64,000 bases of DNA from a bacterium (GTDB lineage Bacteria > Zhuqueibacterota > Zhuqueibacteria > Residuimicrobiales > Krinioviventaceae), in the NCBI GenBank assembly GCA_963675755.2, contig CAXXMD010000001.1, positions 160,001-224,000 on the forward strand, written 5' to 3'. The notes under the pieces are model-generated. The model did no database searches, had not been told where the DNA came from, and was given only the letters and a program-made list of their open reading frames with translations. Made by a program: the position numbers and the translations under genes. Positions 34,029 through 45,231 of the stretch are shown one piece after another. Each line of letters opens with the position of its first letter. Within the stretch, counting starts at the first letter, position 1.

Positions 34029-34487
34029 ATGAGACATTTAAAATCCGGAAGAAAATTAGGACGTACTGCAAGCCATAGAAAAGCAACACTTGCTAATTTA
34101 GCTATTGCTTTATTAAGCCACAAAAGTATTGTAACTACTACTCCAAAGGCTAAAGAAGCACGTTCTACAGTTGAACGCTTGGTTACTTTTGCAAAAAAAG
34201 GTGACTTGGCTGCAAGACGTCAGGTGTTACGTACAATTCGTGACAAAGCCCTGGTTAAAGAGCTCTTTGAAGAAATTGCACCCAAGTATGCTGAGCGTAA
34301 CGGTGGTTACACACGAATTATTAAAATTGGCCGACGTAAAGGTGACAATGCACCGCTTGCAATTTTTGAGCTTGTTGGATATGAATCTGCAAAAGCTGAA
34401 AAATTAGAAAAGCAACGGAAAAAACGTGAAGCTAAATCTGAAGAGCAAGAAAAACAAGCTGAAGAAGAAGCTTCCGGCGAAGAGTAA
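34029..34487 (+). CDS. rplQ: 50S ribosomal protein L17
   Basis: [20 protein letters not shown]; charged C-terminal tail. Confidence 0.98.
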   Translation: MRHLKSGRKLGRTASHRKATLANLAIALLSHKSIVTTTPKAKEARSTVERLVTFAKKGDLAARRQVLRTIRDKALVKELFEEIAPKYAERNGGYTRIIKIGRRKGDNAPLAIFELVGYESAKAEKLEKQRKKREAKSEEQEKQAEEEASGEE

Positions 34488-34503
34488 GAAAAATTTATTT
34501 TTT

Positions 34504-34536
34504 AAAAGGGCGAGCCTGTGCTTGCCCTTTTTTTTT
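34504..34536 (+). terminator. Intrinsic terminator ending the alpha operon
   Basis: AAAAGGGCGAGC-CTGT-GCTTGCCC-T9. Confidence 0.88.
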
Positions 34537-34718
34537 GTATATTTATTCATCCCTTTTGGTTTTCCATTGGTTTTTTTCCTTCAATTGTTTATATTAGCTT
34601 TTTCCAGTCTGGCGTAACTTATTGAGACTGTATTTTAAATTTTGTGTTTGCTCGTAAGGAACTTATTTATACGAATTCAGTAAAAGAATACAAAAACAAC
34701 CTTGTTATAGGAACCGGA

Positions 34719-35975
34719 ATGAAAAGACTATTAGCCTTATTATCACTTTCTTTTCTTTTATATTGTACTCACGATAAACCCCTGCCAAGCGGTTATGAAT
34801 TATTGAACCGTGAAAACAAGGGGGAGATTATTGTTAAAGAGTATCCAGCAACGCGTACTGCAACATATTGGAGTACACCCCAGGCTGGAATTCAAAATTC
34901 ACTAATGCTTGGACAGCTTGGACCTTATAAATCCTTTATTGCTTTTCGTTTTGTGAATTTTTCTGCAATTGATACAACAACTGTTAACTCTGTTACCTTG
35001 AATCTTGAACAATTCTTTCATTATGGTGATGGTGGCTCTTTCCAGGTAACAGCTTATCCTCTAACAGAAGCATGGATTTCTACATACATCTATGAGAGTG
35101 ACTGGGAATCCGCAGTTTGGGATGATATTCAAAACAAGATAGATTACGGGAAACCTATTGGTACATTTACTGCAGGACCCACAGATTCTGTTTCTACGGT
35201 AACATTTGATCTTGATACTGCAATTGTAAATAATTGGGTTCGACAGTATCAATTATTATACAATGATGATGAAACAGATGATATCGAAGAAAATTTTGGT
35301 TTTGTGCTGACCCTGGAATCTGCAGATGTTATGTGTCAATATTATTCTGCTGAAGTGAGTGGCGCCTGGCCTTATCTGTCAATATCTTATGATCCCATTG
35401 ATCAGGATGTTGAAGTTGAAACCGATACTGTTTACGGATATATCGATGCCAGTTTGATTCAGTACGACACTGATGTATTACCAGAGCAGATAATTGAAAA
35501 TCCCGATTATTTAAATATTGGTAATGCTTCAGGTTATAAAACTTTTTTACAATTTCATACCGAAGACATCCCCAAAGAAGCAACTATACATCATGCAATG
35601 ATTACAATGAATGTGGTATCCAATGAAGATACAACGAATTTAATACCAATTAGTGTTATCCCCATTTTTGGTGATTCGTTATGGAATCCTCAAGAAATGG
35701 TTTTGGACAGTTTGCACGAAGTTCCAACAGCATATGCTGCTTCTATATATGAAGAATTCAATATGTCTAATTCTACTGCTACGTCAAATATGTCTACTAT
35801 AGTACAGCATTGGGCTTGGAATCTTTATAAAAATTATGGTTTATTATTGTTTTCAGGTGACGAAGGATATAGTCTTTCAGAAATTAGTTTTTACTCTGGG
35901 AAGAATGATTCAACTTTGGTACCGAAACTGCGCGTAACTTATTCATTGCCGCCAGACCTTCGTTTCTCAGAATAA
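34719..35975 (+). CDS. Lipoprotein, DUF4270/DNRLRE-like beta-sandwich (start corrected to ATG 34719)
   Basis: MKRLLALLSLSFLLY-C lipoprotein signal; two similar modules ending NFGFVL/NYGLLL...P.L.ISY/VTY. Confidence 0.6.
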   Translation: MKRLLALLSLSFLLYCTHDKPLPSGYELLNRENKGEIIVKEYPATRTATYWSTPQAGIQNSLMLGQLGPYKSFIAFRFVNFSAIDTTTVNSVTLNLEQFFHYGDGGSFQVTAYPLTEAWISTYIYESDWESAVWDDIQNKIDYGKPIGTFTAGPTDSVSTVTFDLDTAIVNNWVRQYQLLYNDDETDDIEENFGFVLTLESADVMCQYYSAEVSGAWPYLSISYDPIDQDVEVETDTVYGYIDASLIQYDTDVLPEQIIENPDYLNIGNASGYKTFLQFHTEDIPKEATIHHAMITMNVVSNEDTTNLIPISVIPIFGDSLWNPQEMVLDSLHEVPTAYAASIYEEFNMSNSTATSNMSTIVQHWAWNLYKNYGLLLFSGDEGYSLSEISFYSGKNDSTLVPKLRVTYSLPPDLRFSE

Positions 35976-36004
35976 ATCAGCATTAAACAGTACAGGATAA
36001 TTTT

Positions 36005-37207
36005 ATGAATCTGAAAAAATATATAGCATTATTATCTCTGATATTAACAGGTTTGTTTTTAACCGGATCCGTTTACGGAGATTCATACTATTCTTCTATT
36101 GGAATGGGTATGCCGCATTATTTTGTTTCTCCCAAAGCTGTAGGTATGGGTGGTGCTGGATTGGGTGTGATGGACCGTTTTGCATTAAATTCAATGAATC
36201 CGGCTGCTGTTTTTGTTCAGGGTAAAACCACCGTTTCCCTTGATTCTTATATGGAGATGGTTGAAAGTAAATACAACGATCAAAATTCTGTAACACGTAA
36301 TGGAAATCCATCTGGTTTTCATTTTTATGTACCTTTGCATAGCAGAGTTACTTTTCTTGCCGGTTTGAAAGCATTAACACGTGCGAAATATAATTTAGAA
36401 ATTGATGGTCAAACCGATTATGTTGAATATACCCGTTTTGTAAGAGGTTCCGGTGGAGTAAGTGCGGGTGTGCTTGGTTTGCAATATTTAATAACAAAAA
36501 ATTTGGTATTAGGTGCAAATGCAAAATTCGATTTTGGTAGTTTTAATGAAGAATGGAAAACTGAATTTAGCGAAGATGCCTATACAGATGCTGCAGATGA
36601 ATTAACAAGTCATTTATGGGGCGCTGGTTTTGAACTGGGTATGTATTTGCTGCCAGCAGATTGGTTTTCTTTGGGTATTATTTATCATAGTAAGAGTAAG
36701 TTGAATGTTGAAGACAATATTACATTGGGTAGCGCATTAGTTACAGATATTGTAGAGTCTTCTGTTAATTATCCCCAGGCGTTGGGTATTGGAACTTCGG
36801 TTTCAATGAGTAAAGTTCAATTAGCATTCGATGTGTATACACAGTTTTGGGATCAATTTGAATTAGACGGAATTGTTACCAAAGAATTTAATAATTATAC
36901 CCGCATTGGCGGTGGTATGGAATACAGAGATTCACACAGTTATCTGGATGCGTATCATAGACGAATCGCTTACAGGCTAGGTGGTTATTTCAGCCAATTA
37001 CCATATACAGATGTTGATGGCTCAACTGTAAACGAGTTGTTTGCAACAGCAGGTTTAGGCTTTCCTTTTTTCGGTGGCACCGGTCAGCTTGACTTTGCAT
37101 TAGAGTATGGTAAACGGAGCGGTAATAACGTAGGATATAGCGAAAATGTACTACGTTTTTCTGCAAGTTTCAGTGGTTCAGAGCTTTGGTTCCAACGACG
37201 CCGTTAA
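36005..37207 (+). CDS. Outer-membrane beta-barrel, FadL/PorV-like
   Basis: Signal peptide; YSSIGMG..GMGGAG..MNPAA plug motif; alternating beta-strands; C-terminal ELWFQRRR. Confidence 0.75.
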   Translation: MNLKKYIALLSLILTGLFLTGSVYGDSYYSSIGMGMPHYFVSPKAVGMGGAGLGVMDRFALNSMNPAAVFVQGKTTVSLDSYMEMVESKYNDQNSVTRNGNPSGFHFYVPLHSRVTFLAGLKALTRAKYNLEIDGQTDYVEYTRFVRGSGGVSAGVLGLQYLITKNLVLGANAKFDFGSFNEEWKTEFSEDAYTDAADELTSHLWGAGFELGMYLLPADWFSLGIIYHSKSKLNVEDNITLGSALVTDIVESSVNYPQALGIGTSVSMSKVQLAFDVYTQFWDQFELDGIVTKEFNNYTRIGGGMEYRDSHSYLDAYHRRIAYRLGGYFSQLPYTDVDGSTVNELFATAGLGFPFFGGTGQLDFALEYGKRSGNNVGYSENVLRFSASFSGSELWFQRRR

Positions 37208-37233
37208 TTCCTCAATTTCAGTTAAAAAATGAC

Positions 37234-37262
37234 TTGATTTTTTCTCTTGATTTGACTAAAAT
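37234..37262 (+). promoter_or_regulatory. Putative sigma70 promoter of the TPR gene
   Basis: TTGATT-N17-TAAAAT. Confidence 0.65.
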
Positions 37263-37331
37263 TACATGATATTTTGTTCATTGAATTGTTAGATATTGGA
37301 TTATATATTAAATTTACGAGGAGGTACCACG

Positions 37332-38606
37332 GTGCTTGAAAAAGGCAAACTTTATTATGGAATCAGTTTTGTGGCTTTGTTTCTCATGTTAATCATTGCT
37401 GCATCATCCATGATGACAGGTTGTACACCTGCGCAACAGACTGTTCAAATCAGCCCTGAAAGACAAAAAGCCATTCAAGATTCATTAGATAAAGCTTATC
37501 GCCATCAATTGGACTTGAATTTCAGTATTGGCCGCGAACATCAGAAAAATGGAAATCATAAAGATTCTATCAAACCCTACTGGAAAGTTGTTGAATTAGA
37601 TACCATAGATCGCTTTCCCGATATTTACACCTTTTTAGGTGACTGCTATATGAAACTCGATAAACCAGATAGTGCTTTGATTGTATTCAAGATGGGTACC
37701 GAGCGTGCACCTCAAAAAATACACAATCATAGAATGACTGCTTATTTGAGTATTCCTTTGGGTGATAATGAAACTGCTATTAATGAATATAGAAAAACCA
37801 TCGAATTGGATCCTGATAATCTTTCTGATTATAAAGCTTTGGGAACATTATTGTTGCAGGAAAATATGTTAGAAGATGCTCTCGAAATTTATAACAAGAT
37901 TCTTGAATTATCACCTCAGGATGCCGAAGCTGCTGATACAAAAACCCGTATCATGTCTTCATTAGGTTTTGATGATTACGATATTATTGATGCTAAAAAA
38001 GAAGCCTTGGCTACAAATGAAACAGATACACAGCTTATGAGCGAAATTGCAGACAAGTATTTTAAACTTGCTGAATACAAGAATGCTTTGGAATATTATA
38101 ACATGTACCTGGCAATCAAGTCAGATGATGAACGTGTACTTGAATATGCTGGAAGCTGTTATCAGAACATGACTCAATACAAAGATGCAATTGCTGTTTA
38201 TGAAAAAGTACTTGCAGTAAATCCTGAGCATAAAAAAGTATTGTGCGAAATGGGTGTTTGTTACAAAGAATTGAAACAGTTTGTTAAAGCTCGTAGTATG
38301 GCCAATAAAGCTATTGCAGTAGATTCTAATTATGGTTTAGCATATATGGTTCGTGGATTAACCTATGAAGCATGTGCTGATGAATGTATTGGTAAACGTG
38401 AAAAACGCGTTTCAAAAATTGATGATAAATTGGTTTATAAACTGGCTTATGATGAATATCAAAAAGCAGCCAAAGATGTGATGTTTTCAGATCAGGCACG
38501 TAATCGTATGAATTACATTAAACCTGAAATTCCTTCTCAGGAAGATTTGTTCATGTACCCGAACAAAAAGAAAGCAGAACTTGACTGCTATAAATGGATA
38601 TATTAA
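37332..38606 (+). CDS. Tetratricopeptide-repeat (lipo)protein (GTG start after GGAGG)
   Basis: N-terminal hydrophobic segment ending MTG-C; multiple TPR units (AINEYRKTIELDP, AIAVYEKVLAVNP). Confidence 0.8.
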   Translation: MLEKGKLYYGISFVALFLMLIIAASSMMTGCTPAQQTVQISPERQKAIQDSLDKAYRHQLDLNFSIGREHQKNGNHKDSIKPYWKVVELDTIDRFPDIYTFLGDCYMKLDKPDSALIVFKMGTERAPQKIHNHRMTAYLSIPLGDNETAINEYRKTIELDPDNLSDYKALGTLLLQENMLEDALEIYNKILELSPQDAEAADTKTRIMSSLGFDDYDIIDAKKEALATNETDTQLMSEIADKYFKLAEYKNALEYYNMYLAIKSDDERVLEYAGSCYQNMTQYKDAIAVYEKVLAVNPEHKKVLCEMGVCYKELKQFVKARSMANKAIAVDSNYGLAYMVRGLTYEACADECIGKREKRVSKIDDKLVYKLAYDEYQKAAKDVMFSDQARNRMNYIKPEIPSQEDLFMYPNKKKAELDCYKWIY

Positions 38607-38628
38607 TATCAGAATGTAATGATTTTTT

Positions 38629-38658
38629 CAGGAGGGCCAATGCCCTCCTGTTTTTTTT
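38629..38658 (+). terminator. Intrinsic terminator
   Basis: CAGGAGGGC-CAAT-GCCCTCCTG-T8. Confidence 0.88.
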
Positions 38659-38678
38659 GGCAAGTATTGGAGATTTAA

Positions 38679-39119
38679 ATGACAATTGCTATCGGTTCGG
38701 ATCACGCCGGTTTTGATCTCAAACAAGAAATTATAAAATATTTACAAGAATTAGAGTTTAACGTAGAAGATTTTGGTACTTATTCTGCGGAACGTGTTGA
38801 TTATCCTGATTATGCTATCAAAGTAGCACATAGTGTTACATCTGGTGAAAATCAGTTTGGAATTCTGGTTTGTGGTTCTGGTATAGGCATCTCAATCACA
38901 GCTAATAAAGTCAGGGGAATCCGTGCAGCGCTTTGTTGTTCGGAATATATGGCAGAAATGGCCCGTAAACATAATAATGCTAATATTCTTGCCATGGGTG
39001 GTCGTACGACTCCTCCCGAACTTGCGAAAAAGATTATTGATGTATTTTTCTCAACAGAGTTTGAGGGAGGTCGTCATTTAACGCGTGTTAATAAAATACA
39101 TACATTAACCGGGAAATAA
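38679..39119 (+). CDS. rpiB: Ribose-5-phosphate isomerase B
   Basis: SDHAG, DYPD, CGSGIG, HNNAN, FEGGRH. Confidence 0.96.
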   Translation: MTIAIGSDHAGFDLKQEIIKYLQELEFNVEDFGTYSAERVDYPDYAIKVAHSVTSGENQFGILVCGSGIGISITANKVRGIRAALCCSEYMAEMARKHNNANILAMGGRTTPPELAKKIIDVFFSTEFEGGRHLTRVNKIHTLTGK

Positions 39120-39123
39120 TATA

Positions 39124-40413
39124 ATGAACAGTTTAGATTTGTTGCAGTCCTTTGATCCTGAAGTTTATAATGCGATTAAAGATGAAACTGAACGACAGAA
39201 TCAAAAACTTGAATTGATTGCGTCTGAAAATTTTGTAAGCGTGCAGGTCATGCAGGCTATGGGTCAGGTAATGACCAATAAATATGCGGAAGGATATCCC
39301 GCAAAACGTTATTATGGTGGTTGTGAGCATGTAGACGTTGTGGAAGATTTGGCGCGTGACCGTGCAAAGAAATTATTTAATGCGGAGCATGTTAACGTAC
39401 AGCCGCATTCAGGTTCACAGGCAAATATTGCTGCGTATTTCACCTTTTTAAAACCTGGTGATAAAGTGATGGGCATGGATCTTTCTCATGGTGGCCATCT
39501 TACCCATGGTAGTCCTGCAAATTTTTCCGGAAAATTGTTTGATATAGTCAGTTATGGAGTAGATAAAACCGGTTATATCGATATGAACCAAATGGAAGAG
39601 ATTGCTCTAAAAGAAAAGCCCAAAATGATTATAACAGGTGCAAGTGCATATTCTCGTGAAATTGATTATGCCGGTTTTCGTGCCATTGCAGACAAGATTG
39701 GCGCTAAACTCATGTCAGATATTGCACATCCTGCTGGTTTAATTGCTGCCGGATTGATTAAAAGTCCGATTCCACATTGTCATATTGTTACTACTACTAC
39801 CCACAAGACGCTTCGCGGACCCCGTGGTGGTATGATTCTGATTGGTAAAGATGAAGAAAACGATTTAGGATTAACTACCTTGAAAGGTAGAGTTAAAAAA
39901 GTATCTGAAATTGTAGATTCAAATGTTTTTCCCGGTTTTCAGGGTGGTCCTTTAATGCATGTTATTGCAGCAAAAGCTGTAGCATTCAAAGAAGCTTTGC
40001 AGGATGATTTTATTGAATATCAAAAGCAGGTAATCAAAAACGCTCAGGCATTAGCAAAAGCGTTAGAAGATAAAGATTATAATATTGTTTCAGGTGGTAC
40101 AGATACGCATGTAATGCTGATCGATCTCCGTAACCATAATCTTACAGGTAAAGTTGCGGAAAAAGCATTAGAAGAAGCTGGTATTACCGTAAATAAAAAT
40201 ATGGTACCATTTGATGACCAAAGCCCATTTGTTACAAGTGGCATCAGATTGGGCACACCGGCGTTGACTACTCGTGGCATGAAAGAAGATGCTATGATTG
40301 AAATAGCAGGAATGATTGACACGGTATTACTTGACGTTGAAAATGAATCAACCATGAGTAAAATTCGCAACCAGGTGAATGATTTGTGTAATCGTTACCC
40401 CCTGTATTCGTAA
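39124..40413 (+). CDS. glyA: Serine hydroxymethyltransferase
   Basis: [28 protein letters not shown]. Confidence 0.98.
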   Translation: MNSLDLLQSFDPEVYNAIKDETERQNQKLELIASENFVSVQVMQAMGQVMTNKYAEGYPAKRYYGGCEHVDVVEDLARDRAKKLFNAEHVNVQPHSGSQANIAAYFTFLKPGDKVMGMDLSHGGHLTHGSPANFSGKLFDIVSYGVDKTGYIDMNQMEEIALKEKPKMIITGASAYSREIDYAGFRAIADKIGAKLMSDIAHPAGLIAAGLIKSPIPHCHIVTTTTHKTLRGPRGGMILIGKDEENDLGLTTLKGRVKKVSEIVDSNVFPGFQGGPLMHVIAAKAVAFKEALQDDFIEYQKQVIKNAQALAKALEDKDYNIVSGGTDTHVMLIDLRNHNLTGKVAEKALEEAGITVNKNMVPFDDQSPFVTSGIRLGTPALTTRGMKEDAMIEIAGMIDTVLLDVENESTMSKIRNQVNDLCNRYPLYS

Positions 40414-40459
40414 TTATTCTCCCCATTGCGGGAACACCATAAAACGGGCCTAATGTGAC

Positions 40460-40906
40460 ATGAGATGTCCATTCTGTAATTATCATGATACAAAGGTAAT
40501 AGATTCTCGTACCCGCGACGGAGGACGATCTATTCGTCGTCGTCGTGAGTGCCTGAAATGCAGACGACGCTTTACTACCCGTGAACAAGTCGATGAAATT
40601 CCCTTATGGATCATAAAGCAGGACGGACGTCGTGAAGAATTTGACCGCGTAAAGATTTTGCATGGCCTTCAAGTCGCTTGCGCAAAACGGCCTGTTTCAA
40701 TATCTACAATTGAGCAGCTGGTTAATAAAATTGAATATGATTTTAGAGACCAGGGAGTTGAAGAAGTTGACTCTTCCGTAATTGGTCAATTGATTATGGA
40801 TGCTTTAAAAGAACTCGATGAAGTTGCATATGTTCGTTTTGCTTCAGTTTATAGAAATTTCCAGGCCAAAGAAGAGTTTCTTGATGAATTGAAGCAGTTA
40901 AAATAA
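40460..40906 (+). CDS. nrdR: Transcriptional repressor NrdR
   Basis: CPFC, RRRRECLKC, ATP-cone, VAYVRFASVY. Confidence 0.97.
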   Translation: MRCPFCNYHDTKVIDSRTRDGGRSIRRRRECLKCRRRFTTREQVDEIPLWIIKQDGRREEFDRVKILHGLQVACAKRPVSISTIEQLVNKIEYDFRDQGVEEVDSSVIGQLIMDALKELDEVAYVRFASVYRNFQAKEEFLDELKQLK

Positions 40907-40938
40907 CTGGCCAGGTTTTTTAAAATAAAAATTTTGGA

Positions 40939-42279
40939 GTGATTTTGGGATTGTTTAATTCAAATTCTTTTTCCGGCGGCATTCATCCTCCCGAAAAAAA
41001 GAACACATCAAAAAAACAGATTGAAAAATGTCCCATTCCTAAAGAGGTTGTTATCCCTGTTCAACAACATATCGGTGCTCCGTCTAAACCTATTGTTGAA
41101 AAAGGAGATACAGTTCTTGTAGGTCAACCTATTTCTGAAGCCGGCGGTTTTGTTTCTGTTCCGTCTCATGCCTCAATTTCAGGTACTGTTAAAGCTGTTG
41201 AAGAACGGCCCCATCCATTGGGTACACCCGTATTATCTGTGGTGATAGAGAGTGATGGCGAAGATAACTGGGACCCGTCTATTACTCCCCAGGAAAATTA
41301 TTTAGAGCTCGATAAAAAAGAAATGATAACCCGAATTCAATCTGCTGGTATTGCAGGTATGGGTGGTGCTACATTTCCTACACATGTCAAATTGAGCCCT
41401 CCACCAGATAAACCTATTAATACTTTGATTTTGAATGGTGTTGAATGTGAACCTTATTTAACGTCAGATCATCGGGTAATGCTTGAAGAACCCGAAAAAG
41501 TTTTAAAAGGTATTCAGATTTTAACCAAAATTTTGGGATGCAGCCGTACTGTAATTGGCATAGAAAGCAACAAGCCCGATGCTGTCAAATTAATAAAGAA
41601 AATGTCAACAGAGATGGGACTCGATTATGAAGTGATTTCGCTTCATGTTAAATATCCCCAGGGAGCTGAAAAACAGTTGATTAAAGCAGTTACTGGCAAG
41701 TTTGTACCTGCAGGTGGTCTTCCTATGGATGTTGGCTGTGTAGTACAAAACGTAGGTACAGCAGCAGCTGTTTATGATGCTGTAGCGCAGAAAAAACCAC
41801 TTGTTGAAAGAGTTGTAACTGTTACAGGTAACGGAATTAAAGAAGCTAAAAATATTCTTGTACGCATTGGCACATCTTATTCAGATGTTTTTGAACAATG
41901 TGGTGGAATTAAAGAAAATGCCGGAAAACTAATCCTTGGTGGCCCCATGATGGGCTTGGCCCAGTCTTCTATGGAAGCTCCGGTGATCAAGGGGACTTCT
42001 GGTCTTTTGGTATTAGATGAAAAAGAAAGCAAACGTCGCCAGGTTACTGCATGTATTTCCTGTGCACGATGTGTTGATGTATGCCCAATGGGTTTAATGC
42101 CCAAAACAATAGCCGGTTTTGTGAAAAACGACCGCTTTGATGATGCCAAAAAATATAATGTAATGGATTGTATAGAATGCGGTTCTTGTGCATATGTATG
42201 CCCTGCTCATATTAACCTTGTGCATTTAATTAAATACGGCAAATCTCAGGTATTAAAAGAAATTAAAAAAGCCGGTTAA
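40939..42279 (+). CDS. rnfC: Rnf complex subunit C
   Basis: GGIHPP, GMGGATFP, ECEPYLTSD, two CxxCxxCxxxCP. Confidence 0.96.
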   Translation: MILGLFNSNSFSGGIHPPEKKNTSKKQIEKCPIPKEVVIPVQQHIGAPSKPIVEKGDTVLVGQPISEAGGFVSVPSHASISGTVKAVEERPHPLGTPVLSVVIESDGEDNWDPSITPQENYLELDKKEMITRIQSAGIAGMGGATFPTHVKLSPPPDKPINTLILNGVECEPYLTSDHRVMLEEPEKVLKGIQILTKILGCSRTVIGIESNKPDAVKLIKKMSTEMGLDYEVISLHVKYPQGAEKQLIKAVTGKFVPAGGLPMDVGCVVQNVGTAAAVYDAVAQKKPLVERVVTVTGNGIKEAKNILVRIGTSYSDVFEQCGGIKENAGKLILGGPMMGLAQSSMEAPVIKGTSGLLVLDEKESKRRQVTACISCARCVDVCPMGLMPKTIAGFVKNDRFDDAKKYNVMDCIECGSCAYVCPAHINLVHLIKYGKSQVLKEIKKAG

Positions 42280-42318
42280 CTCTGAATTTTTTTGCTAAAG
42301 GAAAGACGAGTCTTTTAG

Positions 42319-43353
42319 ATGGAAAAGAAATTTTTTGTATCAAGTTCCCCTCATGTATTTGACAAGGAATCCACATCCAAAATTATGTTTACTGTGAACC
42401 TGTCACTGGTTCCTGCCGGTATTGGTGCAGTTTACTTTTTTGGATTACGTGCATTGTGGATTATTTTAATTGGTATTGCTACTGCCGTAATAACTGAAGC
42501 ATTGATGAACAAGATGATGAAAAAGCCGCAAACCATTTCTGATGGTAGTGCAATTTTAACAGGTTTGTTGCTTGCTTATAATGTATCTGCTCAGGTCCCT
42601 TTGTGGATGCCGGCAGTGGGTTCCTTTTTTGCTATTGCGGTAGGAAAGATGGTTTTTGGCGGTCTGGGATTTAACCCCATGAACCCTGCACTACTGGGGC
42701 GTGCTTTTTTACTTGCATCATGGCCCACGCATATGACCATTTTTGACAAAGCAATTCCCAAAGGTGGCACGGTTTCAGGCATTGATATGATGACCCAGGC
42801 AACCCCGTTAAATGTTTTGAAACAATCCCGTCAGGTATTATTAAATGCCTCTGATTATCCTGTAGATAAATTTACCCAGGCGCATGATGCTATGAGCCAA
42901 TTGTCAGATTCAATAGGCAATTTATTTTTTGGACGAATTGGCGGCTGTTTGGGAGAAACTTCGGCAATTTTATTATTAATTGGCGCTGCAATATTGATGT
43001 ATAAACGTTACATCGGTTGGAAAATACCTTTCAGTTACATTGGTACAGTTGCCTTGTTGAGTTGGATTTTTGGCGGTACCGATGGTCTGTTTACAGGTAA
43101 CGCATTATTTCATGTTATGTCTGGTGGATTGATTCTTGGCGCCTTTTTTATGGCAACAGATATGGTGACCTCTCCGGTAACCTTTTGGGGGCGTATTTAC
43201 TTTGGAATTGGCTGTGGTGTGATTACGGTTTTAATTCGTCTTGTTGGCGGGTACCCCGAAGGTGTTTCTTATTCAATATTGTTAATGAACTTGATGACCC
43301 CACTGCTTGACCGCTGGACTCGACCCAAAGTTTTTGGAGGTGCAAAAGCATGA
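42319..43353 (+). CDS. rnfD: Rnf complex subunit D
   Basis: SSSPH, NPAL, TQAT(P) FMN site, FMATD, GYPEG. Confidence 0.96.
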   Translation: MEKKFFVSSSPHVFDKESTSKIMFTVNLSLVPAGIGAVYFFGLRALWIILIGIATAVITEALMNKMMKKPQTISDGSAILTGLLLAYNVSAQVPLWMPAVGSFFAIAVGKMVFGGLGFNPMNPALLGRAFLLASWPTHMTIFDKAIPKGGTVSGIDMMTQATPLNVLKQSRQVLLNASDYPVDKFTQAHDAMSQLSDSIGNLFFGRIGGCLGETSAILLLIGAAILMYKRYIGWKIPFSYIGTVALLSWIFGGTDGLFTGNALFHVMSGGLILGAFFMATDMVTSPVTFWGRIYFGIGCGVITVLIRLVGGYPEGVSYSILLMNLMTPLLDRWTRPKVFGGAKA

Positions 43354-43922
43354 AGGATATATTAAAGTTGGGCGGAATTTTGATGCTTATAACTGCAATT
43401 TCCGCCACCAGTCTTGCAGCTATATATACGGTTACCAAACCTAGAATTGAATTAAAGAAAAAGCAGGAAATAGAGAATGCTTTATCTATAGCTATTCCTA
43501 CTGCAGATAAAAATGTTATTCTTCCTGTAACCAAAGATGAAGATATCATTTACTATAGAGGTTATACAACCCCAGATTCTTCTGAATTAGCCGGTTTCGC
43601 GTTTGTTGCTTATGGTCCTGGTTATTCCAGTACCATTGAAACCATGGTAGGTGTTGATGAGTCGGGCAAGATTATTGGGATGAAAGTATTGTCTCAAACA
43701 GAAACCCCGGGTTTGGGTACCAAGGTTGAAGAAGTGAAATATGGAGAATCAGATCCCTGGTTTACAACACAATTCCTTGGTAAAAATGCTTCTTCACTGG
43801 CTGTAGATAAAGACGGTGGTGAGATAAACAGCATTACCGGTGCAACAATCTCATCCCGTGCGTTAACCAATTCAGTGGTAAGCGGATACGACGAATTATT
43901 AAAAAAGATTCAGGCCAAATAG
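43350..43922 (+). CDS. rnfG: Rnf complex subunit G
   Basis: N-terminal TM helix, ETPGLG, ITGATISS FMN motif. Confidence 0.95.
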   Translation: MKDILKLGGILMLITAISATSLAAIYTVTKPRIELKKKQEIENALSIAIPTADKNVILPVTKDEDIIYYRGYTTPDSSELAGFAFVAYGPGYSSTIETMVGVDESGKIIGMKVLSQTETPGLGTKVEEVKYGESDPWFTTQFLGKNASSLAVDKDGGEINSITGATISSRALTNSVVSGYDELLKKIQAK

Positions 43923-43950
43923 AATAAACAGGCGAGTAATAGAGGATTAT

Positions 43951-44544
43951 ATGTCAGCATTAAAATCATTAACTAACGGATTGTATACTGAAAATCCGGT
44001 TTTCAAGCAAGCTTTGGGACTTTGTCCCACGCTGGCAGTCAGCAATTCTGTAATGAACGGAATTGGTATGGGAGCTGCCGCTACATTTGTTTTGATTTGT
44101 TCAAATATGATTGTTTCCATGATCCGAAAGGGTGTACCTGCAAAAATTCGAATTCCCATTTATATTGTAGTTATTGCTACATTTGTTACCATGGTTGATT
44201 TAGCTATGGCAGGATTTTTACCTGATTTGCACAAATCTTTGGGTATATTTGTACCTCTTATTGTTGTGAATTGTATAATCCTGGGTCGTGCTGAAGCTTT
44301 TGCCAGCAAGAATAATATTGGTAAATCTATTCTGGATGGTATTGGTATGGGCGTAGGGTTTACATTAGCACTGGTACTTTTAGGTACCATTCGTGAATTG
44401 CTTGGCAATGGCAGTCTTTTGGGTATCCCTGTAATGAGCTCTTCATTTGAACCGGTATTGATTTTTATTTTACCTCCGGGAGCTTTTTTGACTATTGGTT
44501 TTGTAATGGGATTTTTTAACTGGCTTGAAGGCCGCAAGGCATAA
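43951..44544 (+). CDS. rnfE: Rnf complex subunit E
   Basis: LGLCPTLAV, IVVNCIILGRAEAFA. Confidence 0.95.
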   Translation: MSALKSLTNGLYTENPVFKQALGLCPTLAVSNSVMNGIGMGAAATFVLICSNMIVSMIRKGVPAKIRIPIYIVVIATFVTMVDLAMAGFLPDLHKSLGIFVPLIVVNCIILGRAEAFASKNNIGKSILDGIGMGVGFTLALVLLGTIRELLGNGSLLGIPVMSSSFEPVLIFILPPGAFLTIGFVMGFFNWLEGRKA

Positions 44545-44553
44545 GAGGGTATT

Positions 44554-45183
44554 ATGGAACTCAGAATGTTATTTGTAATTGTTATTAGTGCAATATTTAT
44601 TAACAATTTTATCTTTTCAAGATTTTTAGGGATTTGTCCTTATATTGGTGTTTCAAAGCAGTTAGATTCTGCGGTAGGTATGGGCGCTGCTGTAACCTTT
44701 GTTATGTCTTTGGCATCTATGGTAACCTGGCTTATTTTTCGTTATATGCTTGCACCGGTTGAAACCAATGTATTTTATCACATATTTTCAATGGAGCAGC
44801 CACCGGATTTGACTTTTCTCAGAACCATTGCTTTTATCCTTGTAATTGCATCCCTGGTACAGTTTGTTGAAATGGTAATACAAAAAACCAGTCCTGCGTT
44901 GTATAAATCTTTGGGTATATTCTTGCCCTTAATTACCACCAATTGTGCTATTCTGGGTGTTGCTCTGTTGAATATTGACGAGAATTTTGGGTTTATAGAA
45001 AGTGTTGTACATGGTATTGCAGCAGGTGTTGGTTTTACATTAGCATTGGTATTAATGGCAGGTATTCGGGAAAAACTTGAACTGGCAGATATTCCCAAAC
45101 CGTTGCAGGGAATTCCAATTGCGTTTATAGTTGCGGGCTTGATGGCTATTGCATTTTTAGGGTTCTCTGGTCTGAAATTATAA
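44554..45183 (+). CDS. rnfA: Rnf complex subunit A
   Basis: [23 protein letters not shown]. Confidence 0.95.
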   Translation: MELRMLFVIVISAIFINNFIFSRFLGICPYIGVSKQLDSAVGMGAAVTFVMSLASMVTWLIFRYMLAPVETNVFYHIFSMEQPPDLTFLRTIAFILVIASLVQFVEMVIQKTSPALYKSLGIFLPLITTNCAILGVALLNIDENFGFIESVVHGIAAGVGFTLALVLMAGIREKLELADIPKPLQGIPIAFIVAGLMAIAFLGFSGLKL

Positions 45184-45202
45184 TTTTGTATATTTTAAAA
45201 AC

Positions 45203-45231
45203 TTGATTTTGTAAACATTTTTCTCTAAGTT
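45203..45231 (+). promoter_or_regulatory. Putative sigma70 promoter of tatC
   Basis: TTGATT-N17-TAAGTT. Confidence 0.55.

Noticed and set aside
34426-34718. ORF 34426..34617, upstream start at 34644, and a TGGC-containing sigma54-like site near 34610
   Set aside because: The ORF runs through a terminator and T-rich DNA; the lipoprotein signal begins at 34719; the GG-N10-GC spacing is not met
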